Source: Geotalea daltonii FRC-32 (GTDB lineage: Bacteria > Desulfobacterota > Desulfuromonadia > Geobacterales > Geobacteraceae). Taken from it: 32,000 bases of DNA. This document shows positions 26,547 through 32,000 of this stretch, piece after piece. The notes under the pieces were generated by a model that was not told the origin of the DNA, made no database searches, and saw only the letters and a program-made list of their open reading frames with translations. The DNA lies in contig NC_011979.1 in assembly GCF_000022265.1 (NCBI RefSeq), positions 2,640,001 to 2,672,000 of the forward strand. Reading direction: 5' to 3'. Positions within the stretch are counted from its first letter, which is position 1. Each line of letters starts with the position of its first letter. The translations under genes and the position numbers were made by a program.

Positions 26547-27430
26547 AAACGCTGATCATCGAAACCGCCAATGCCAAGCTCCTCGGGGAGCTGGTAACCG
26601 CAGCAAGGATTTTCAGCCCGACCCCGGATGTGGTCGTGCTGGGAGCAGGCGAGTTTCCGGGGAGCTACGGCAAGGGGTATCGGGTTCCCGACACCCTGGG
26701 GGCAAACCTGGGAACGGGGCTTGCCGACCTCATCAAGAGCGAGGGATACGAACTGATCCTCCTCAGCGCGACGGCCATCGGGAGCGGCCTGGCCGGACCC
26801 CTGGCGGTCAGCCTGGGTGCGCCGATCCTTTCCGAGGTCACCGCCATTACCCCGGATCTCACCGTCGAGCGGTCACTGTACGGCTCAAAGGCGGTTGCCC
26901 GCTACAAGGTGGAGTCAGGGCCGCTGGTCCTGACCATCAAGCGCAAATATTTCGAGGCGGCAGTCCTGGAAGGTACGACGCCGACCGCCGATCTGCCGGC
27001 CGGGCCGCAGAGGATCGTTCTTCTGGAAGAGATCGACGAGGAGCGGCAAGGCGTTCCCCTGGAGGATGCCGAGGTGATCGTCACCGGCGGCAGGGGAATC
27101 GGCAGCGGCGACAACTTCGCCATCCTGAACGACATGGCCGGACTCTTGAACGGGGCGGTCGGGGCGTCGAGAGGTGCGGTGGACGAGGGGTGGATGCCCC
27201 CCGGCGCCCAGATCGGCCAGACCGGCAAGATCGTGGCGCCCAACGTCTATTTCGCCGTCGGTGTCTCAGGCGCCAGCCAGCACCTGGCAGGGATCTCCAA
27301 CGCCAAGTGCGTGGTTGCCATCAACAAGGATAACGAGGCGAATATCTTCAAACGGGCCAGGTTCGGCATCGTCGGCGACTACAAAAAGGCGGTGCCGGCC
27401 CTGATCAACGCCCTCAAGGAGAGTGCCTGA
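26543..27430 (+). CDS. etfA: Electron transfer flavoprotein alpha subunit
   Basis: 295 aa. The C-terminal FAD-binding signature is VGASRGAVDEGW ... QIGQTGKIVAPNVYFAVGVSGASQHLAGI. Confidence 0.85.
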   Translation: MKTLIIETANAKLLGELVTAARIFSPTPDVVVLGAGEFPGSYGKGYRVPDTLGANLGTGLADLIKSEGYELILLSATAIGSGLAGPLAVSLGAPILSEVTAITPDLTVERSLYGSKAVARYKVESGPLVLTIKRKYFEAAVLEGTTPTADLPAGPQRIVLLEEIDEERQGVPLEDAEVIVTGGRGIGSGDNFAILNDMAGLLNGAVGASRGAVDEGWMPPGAQIGQTGKIVAPNVYFAVGVSGASQHLAGISNAKCVVAINKDNEANIFKRARFGIVGDYKKAVPALINALKESA

Positions 27431-27431
27431 C

Positions 27432-29417
27432 ATGGAACGGGTCCCCTACTGGAATATCAACTTCGGCCTCCTGATCGATATCCTCTCCCTGCCGGCCCTG
27501 GCCGTCTTCGGGTACGGCATCTATCGCCACTGGCTGCGAATCCGGCAGGGCAAGGCGAACGTCAAGCTGGGGCTGACCCTGGAGGCGTTGAAGGTGGGAC
27601 CGCTCTACCTGCGCTCCTTCCTCACCAGGGGCATCGTCGGGACCCGCATCTACAAAAAGCTGTTCACCGGCGTGGCCCACGGCCTCCTGTTCTGGGGGAT
27701 GGTCGTGTTGACCGTGGGGACCGTGCTGGTGTTTGCCAATGTGCTGTTCGGCATCCCCGTGTTCAGGGGGGAGTTCAATCGTCTGTTCATGGGCGCTTTC
27801 CTTGACGCAGCCGGGCTGGCAGCCCTGGCCGGGGTGCTGTTCCTCCTGGTACGGAGGCTCTTGCCCCCTGAGCGGCTCACCTGTTTCAAGGCCAACACCG
27901 GCTTCATCCTCATGGAGGTGGGGATCATCGCCATCATCGTCACCGGCTTCTTCATCGAAGGGGCGCGGATCGCCCAGAACGGCGCCGATCCCGGCTCGTT
28001 CGTGGGCAACTGGCTGGCAGCCCAGCTGGCAGGCTCTGGAGCGCTTTCGGCAGTTCACCGTTACCTCTGGTGGACCCATGGCCTCATCGCCCTGGCCCTG
28101 ATCGCCTACATCCCCTACTCCCCCCTGGTCCACCTGGTGCTTGCCCCGGCCAATGCCGGACTCGACGTCCCGGTTCCCGGCCCCAAGATGGGGGTCATGG
28201 ACTTCGAGGCCTTCGAAGGGGAAGGGGAGGAGACGCCGAGCCTGGGGGTGAGCAAACTGGCCGATTTCAGCCGCAAGAACCTGCTGGACATCTCCACCTG
28301 CCTGAAATGCGGCCGGTGTCACGAGGTCTGCCCGGCGGCCCAGACCGGCAAAAAGCTCTCTCCCAAGGGGGTCATGGTCACCCTTGCCGAGTACCTGCAC
28401 GAGGGGCGGATGGAGGACGAGTCGCTCCTGGAGACCATCACCACCGACGCCATCTTCAACTGTACCACCTGCGCCGCCTGCATGGAGGCCTGCCCGGTGG
28501 CGGTGAACCAGCCCAACGCCATTCTGAGGATGCGCCAGCACCTGCTCATGGAGCGCTCCGAGATGCCCGAGATCATGGGGCAGGCCAACAGGAGCCTGGA
28601 GGCGCGCCACCACCCCTTCATCGGCACCGGCTTCGGCCCCAACGACTGGCGCAAAGGGCTGGATGTCCCGATCTTTGAAAAGGGAAAGACGGAGTATCTC
28701 CTCTGGATCGGTTGCTCGGTTGCTTACGAGGAGCGGGCCCAGCATATTGGCCGGGCCATGGTCGCCATCCTCAAGAATGCCGGCGTTTCCTTCGGCATCC
28801 TGGAAGAGAACCGCTGCACCGGAGATCCGGCAAAGCAGATGGGAAACGAGTTCCTCTTCACCGAAATTGCCGGCCAGAACATCGAGGAGTTCAACGAGCT
28901 GGGGGTGACCAGGGTGATCACCATGTGCCCCCACTGCTTCAACAGCTTCACCCGCCATTACCCGCTTCTGGGGGCGAAGTTCGACGTCATCCCCCATGCG
29001 GTCGTCATACGCGACCTGATAGAGGCAGGGAAGATCACCCTCGCCAACAGCGGACAGGCCATCTGCTATCACGACCCCTGCTATCTGGGTAGGCACAACC
29101 GGCTTTTGTCGGAACCGCGCCAGGTCGTTGCATCGGTGGGGCAACTGGTGGAGATGCCGAGGAACGGGTGCGAAAGCTTCTGCTGCGGCGCCGGTGGGGG
29201 GAATTACTGGACCGAGGAGGAGGGGACCCGGATCAATCAGACCAGGGCAAAGGAGGCGCTGGATACGGGTGCCAAGACCATCGCCACAGCCTGCCCCTTC
29301 TGTATGCTGATGCTGACCGACGGCCTGAAGAAGTTCACGGAAGAACAGCTGGTGAAGGATATTGCGGAGCTGGTCTGCAGTCAGATGGAACAGAAAACGG
29401 AGAGCGTTTCACCATAA
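27432..29417 (+). CDS. Membrane-bound Fe-S oxidoreductase (HdrD/GlpC-like, candidate ETF:menaquinone oxidoreductase)
   Basis: It has an N-terminal multi-helix membrane domain with conserved His residues. Two ferredoxin motifs follow, CLKCGRCHEVCP and CTTCAACMEACP. Two cysteine-rich CCG domains are present (CPHCFNSF, CYHDPCYLGRH, CCGAGGG, CPFCMLM). The ATG at 27432 has AAGGAG upstream. Confidence 0.8.
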   Translation: MERVPYWNINFGLLIDILSLPALAVFGYGIYRHWLRIRQGKANVKLGLTLEALKVGPLYLRSFLTRGIVGTRIYKKLFTGVAHGLLFWGMVVLTVGTVLVFANVLFGIPVFRGEFNRLFMGAFLDAAGLAALAGVLFLLVRRLLPPERLTCFKANTGFILMEVGIIAIIVTGFFIEGARIAQNGADPGSFVGNWLAAQLAGSGALSAVHRYLWWTHGLIALALIAYIPYSPLVHLVLAPANAGLDVPVPGPKMGVMDFEAFEGEGEETPSLGVSKLADFSRKNLLDISTCLKCGRCHEVCPAAQTGKKLSPKGVMVTLAEYLHEGRMEDESLLETITTDAIFNCTTCAACMEACPVAVNQPNAILRMRQHLLMERSEMPEIMGQANRSLEARHHPFIGTGFGPNDWRKGLDVPIFEKGKTEYLLWIGCSVAYEERAQHIGRAMVAILKNAGVSFGILEENRCTGDPAKQMGNEFLFTEIAGQNIEEFNELGVTRVITMCPHCFNSFTRHYPLLGAKFDVIPHAVVIRDLIEAGKITLANSGQAICYHDPCYLGRHNRLLSEPRQVVASVGQLVEMPRNGCESFCCGAGGGNYWTEEEGTRINQTRAKEALDTGAKTIATACPFCMLMLTDGLKKFTEEQLVKDIAELVCSQMEQKTESVSP

Positions 29418-29451
29418 GAGACGTTGGAAAAACAACTTGAGGAGGAGCGTC

Positions 29452-29892
29452 ATGGCTCAGGAAGAAGCCCAGAAAAAGAAAACCAAAGAAAAGGAACCCG
29501 ATATCACCTTTTTTCACCCTGGCATATTGGAAGTGCCGAAGGATGGGAGCCTGCCCTACCTGAAGGGGTATCGTTGCAAGAAGTGCGGCCAGCTGGATTT
29601 CATGACCGAAATGTGCACCAGCTGCTGGAGCCAGGAGTTCGAGATAATCCCTCTCTCCCGCAGGGGAAAGGTCTACAGCTTTTCGGACATCTATATTGGT
29701 CAGCAGGGGCTGTCAACCCCATATATCTTCGCCTATGTGGATCTGCCTGAAAATATTCGGGTATTCGCCCAGTTGGAGGGAGAGGTCAACACCTATCGTT
29801 GCGACGAAGAGGTGGAACTGACCCTGGGGCACATCAGGATGAACAACGATAATCTGCCGATCGTGAGCTACAAGTTCAAGAAAATTGGCTGA
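29452..29892 (+). CDS. bbsA: DUF35 Zn-ribbon/OB-fold protein (BbsA-like thiolase partner)
   Basis: This is the ATG at 29452 within track ORF 29362..29892, with GAGGAGGAG upstream. The zinc ribbon is CKKCGQ...CTSC, followed by an OB-fold region. It lies immediately upstream of a thiolase-like gene. Confidence 0.65.
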   Translation: MAQEEAQKKKTKEKEPDITFFHPGILEVPKDGSLPYLKGYRCKKCGQLDFMTEMCTSCWSQEFEIIPLSRRGKVYSFSDIYIGQQGLSTPYIFAYVDLPENIRVFAQLEGEVNTYRCDEEVELTLGHIRMNNDNLPIVSYKFKKIG

Positions 29893-29940
29893 GCGTAAAG
29901 AATAAAACCTATAGAACCAGAGAAACAGGAGATTATTCAT

Positions 29941-31113
29941 ATGAAATTACAGCGTGAAGTATATATCGCAGGGGTGGGAGAAACGAAATTCGGCAAGCAC
30001 ACTGTCGATTTCGATGTCCTGGGGAGGGAAGCCGCCCTCCAGGCCATGAGGGGGTCCAACATCGATCGGCCCGACATGGTCCAGAGCGCCTATGTGGGAA
30101 ATGGCATGAACGACATGGTGACCGGGCAGACCGTCTTCAGGGGACTGGGGATGTGCGGTCCCAATCTGCCAATCATCAACGTGCAGAGCGCCTGCTCCGC
30201 CGGGGCCATGGCCGTTTTCTGCGCCATCAAGGATGTGGCCACAGGGGTTACCGACCTCTCCATCGGCGTTGGTTGCGAAAACCACACCATGCACAGGCAG
30301 AGCGGGGCAGCCTTCAGTGCGGCCCGGTCGGACATCGAGACCATGCACGGGGCGGTCATGACCGGCAAATACGCCATGCGGGCGACCCGGTACATGCATG
30401 AGACCGGCGCCACCATCGAGGATCTGGCAATGATCACGGTGAAGAACCGCAAGCATGCCACCCACAACCCCCATGCCTGGTTCAAGGGGCCGATCACCAT
30501 TGAAGAGGTGGTCAATTCCCGCATGGTTGCCTATCCCATGACCCTGCAGCAATGTTGCGGTATTGCCGACGGCGCTGCCGCGGTGGTGGTCGGTTCCAAG
30601 GAGATGATGAAAAAACTGGGCATCGCCAAGCCGGTGCGGGTTGCCGGGGTGGTGGTGGAGTCGGGGCCGTACCATAACCGGCCGCGGGACATTACCGGCG
30701 ATGACATCACCGAGACCACTTCCGAGAAACTCTATGAAGAGTCCGGAATCGGTCCTGATGAGGTGAATATCCTGGAGTTGCACGATGCCTTCACCATCTC
30801 GGAACTGCTCTACTACGAGTGCATGGGGCTCTGCAAGAAGGGGGAAGGACTCAAGTTCCTGAGGGACGGCCAGTCCACCTACGGCGGCAAGTGCGTAGTC
30901 AGCCCCCGCGGCGGAATGCTCTCCTACGGGCATCCCATCGGCGCCTCCGGTGCCGCTCAGGTTGCCCAGAACGTGAAACAGCTGCGCGGGGAGTGCGGGG
31001 GACACCAGGTCGGTCCGACCCCCAAGGTCGCCATGTCCCACGTCACCGGCGGAGGGCTTTCCGGCACCGAGCATGCGGCCTGCACAATGCACATGCTGGT
31101 CAAGGGCTGGTGA
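29941..31113 (+). CDS. bbsB: Thiolase-like protein, SCP-x type (BbsB-like)
   Basis: 390 aa. The active-site Cys context is [11 protein letters not shown]. The C-terminal motifs are ELHDAFT and GHPIGASGA. Confidence 0.7.
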   Translation: MKLQREVYIAGVGETKFGKHTVDFDVLGREAALQAMRGSNIDRPDMVQSAYVGNGMNDMVTGQTVFRGLGMCGPNLPIINVQSACSAGAMAVFCAIKDVATGVTDLSIGVGCENHTMHRQSGAAFSAARSDIETMHGAVMTGKYAMRATRYMHETGATIEDLAMITVKNRKHATHNPHAWFKGPITIEEVVNSRMVAYPMTLQQCCGIADGAAAVVVGSKEMMKKLGIAKPVRVAGVVVESGPYHNRPRDITGDDITETTSEKLYEESGIGPDEVNILELHDAFTISELLYYECMGLCKKGEGLKFLRDGQSTYGGKCVVSPRGGMLSYGHPIGASGAAQVAQNVKQLRGECGGHQVGPTPKVAMSHVTGGGLSGTEHAACTMHMLVKGW

Positions 31114-31153
31114 GACCGTAAGGACATCTTCAGGTATATCAAGGAGGCAGACC

Positions 31154-31900
31154 ATGAAGGATAGGATAGCAGTTATAGTTGGAGCAACTGACGACGTGGG
31201 GCGGGCGATCAGCACCCGGTTTGCCCGTAATGGGGCGCGCACGGTGCTGATCGACATCGACCGCCAACCATTGGCAGAGACTTTGCGCATGGTGGAGGAT
31301 GTGGGAGGCAGGGGTGAAATCATTGCCCTTGACCCCACCGATGCACAGGCCGTCAAGACGGCAGTGGCCAGTCTGGCCAATAGATACGAGGCCATCGATA
31401 TACTGGTCAACAATATCGACCGCAGAGATGCCTCATCGGTGGCCGCATGCACCATTGAGAACTGGGAGCGATCACTGAAGGACAATGTGGTGCCACTGGT
31501 TTCATTTTGTCTCAACATAATTCCGGTCATGAAAAAGAGAAACTACGGCCGTATCATCAACGTGGGCAGCCTTGATTACCTGGGCTTTGCCAACCAGTCC
31601 CCCTACAGCACATCCAAATCGGCCATCTTCGGGCTGACCCGCTCCTTCGCCTTGGAACTGGCCAAGGACGGCATTACCGTCAACCAGATCCTGAAGGGTG
31701 ATCTGAAAACAGCAGATAATCCGCTCTCTGCAGAGGCAGAGGAACAAAGCGCGAGCCGGTTGCCGGTGCAACGTCTGGGAAAACCGGAGGACATTGCCTA
31801 TGCCGCGGCATACTTCGCTTCCGGCCTGAGCAGCTATGTTACCGGACAGAACCTCATTGTCTGCGGCGGGAAGAGCATCTATTCGTCAATGTCCGCTTAG
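31154..31900 (+). CDS. bbsC: Short-chain dehydrogenase/reductase with degenerate cofactor motif (BbsC-like)
   Basis: This is the ATG at 31154 within track ORF 31073..31900, with AAGGAGG upstream. It has an SDR fold with YSTSK. The glycine-rich motif reads VGATDDVGRA instead of TGxxxGxG. Confidence 0.6.
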   Translation: MKDRIAVIVGATDDVGRAISTRFARNGARTVLIDIDRQPLAETLRMVEDVGGRGEIIALDPTDAQAVKTAVASLANRYEAIDILVNNIDRRDASSVAACTIENWERSLKDNVVPLVSFCLNIIPVMKKRNYGRIINVGSLDYLGFANQSPYSTSKSAIFGLTRSFALELAKDGITVNQILKGDLKTADNPLSAEAEEQSASRLPVQRLGKPEDIAYAAAYFASGLSSYVTGQNLIVCGGKSIYSSMSA

Positions 31901-31925
31901 GCGGTAGAGATAGGGGAGGAACATC

Positions 31926-32000
31926 ATGGCAGGTTTACAAGACAAAGTGGCATTGATAACCGGATCGGCAAGCGGCATGGGGAAGAAGACAGCCCAGCGG
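31926..32000 (+). CDS. bbsD: Short-chain dehydrogenase/reductase, N-terminal fragment at the window edge (BbsD-like)
   Basis: My own translation gives MAGLQDKVALITGSASGMGKKTAQR, with a canonical TGxxxGxG motif. RBS GGGGAGGA lies upstream. The ORF is cut by the window end. Confidence 0.6.
   Translation, partial: MAGLQDKVALITGSASGMGKKTAQR

Noticed and set aside
27414-29144. 576-aa minus-strand ORF rich in Gly/His/Pro/Asp
   Set aside because: It is antisense to the membrane Fe-S oxidoreductase gene, whose ferredoxin and CCG motifs are unambiguous. It has low-complexity composition and no RBS or motif.
29947-31530. 527-aa minus-strand ORF
   Set aside because: It is antisense to the thiolase and SDR genes. 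It is typical of stop-poor antisense frames in high-GC coding DNA.

Overview
The window looks like a Geobacter-type (Desulfuromonadales) chromosome; this is inferred from gene content and synteny, not from a search. It has three compositional blocks.

(1) 1-6123: GC-rich core genes on the + strand (gdhA, ispG, proS, pyrF, rlmB), followed by an initiator tRNA-fMet with its own promoter and terminator. A 7-bp microsatellite of about 12 copies starts on the ispG stop codon.

(2) About 6123-20860: a mosaic, apparently horizontally acquired island directly downstream of the tRNA.
- It opens with a HigB/HigA-like toxin-antitoxin pair and a decayed IS21-family element (istA with an internal deletion, istB truncated).
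- It continues with an AT-rich block of about 10.5 kb (sampled lines about 35-45% GC versus about 55-62% in the flanks).
- That block carries a tight ten-gene minus-strand operon: NUDIX hydrolase, DUF190, radical SAM/SPASM, CYTH-like, viperin-like radical SAM, CPA2 antiporter, TIM-barrel isomerase-like, 87-aa PnuC-like protein, mini PEP-utilising enzyme, HD phosphohydrolase.
- Next to the operon is a convergent, 3'-overlapping LuxI/LuxR-type quorum-sensing pair. A lux-box-like palindrome lies in the shared upstream region.
- The far edge holds repeat and IS-like debris. No integrase is visible.

(3) 20860-32000: a GC-rich bbs-like (benzylsuccinate-type) beta-oxidation operon behind a sigma54-like promoter. 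It encodes two family III CoA-transferases, an acyl-CoA dehydrogenase, an enoyl-CoA hydratase, EtfB/EtfA, a membrane HdrD-like Fe-S oxidoreductase, a DUF35 protein, a thiolase and two SDRs.

The best candidate for an undescribed system is the ten-gene operon. I read it as a nucleotide-analogue system, either a defence system or a quorum-controlled metabolite pathway. All functional calls come from motif reading by eye. No database search was run.
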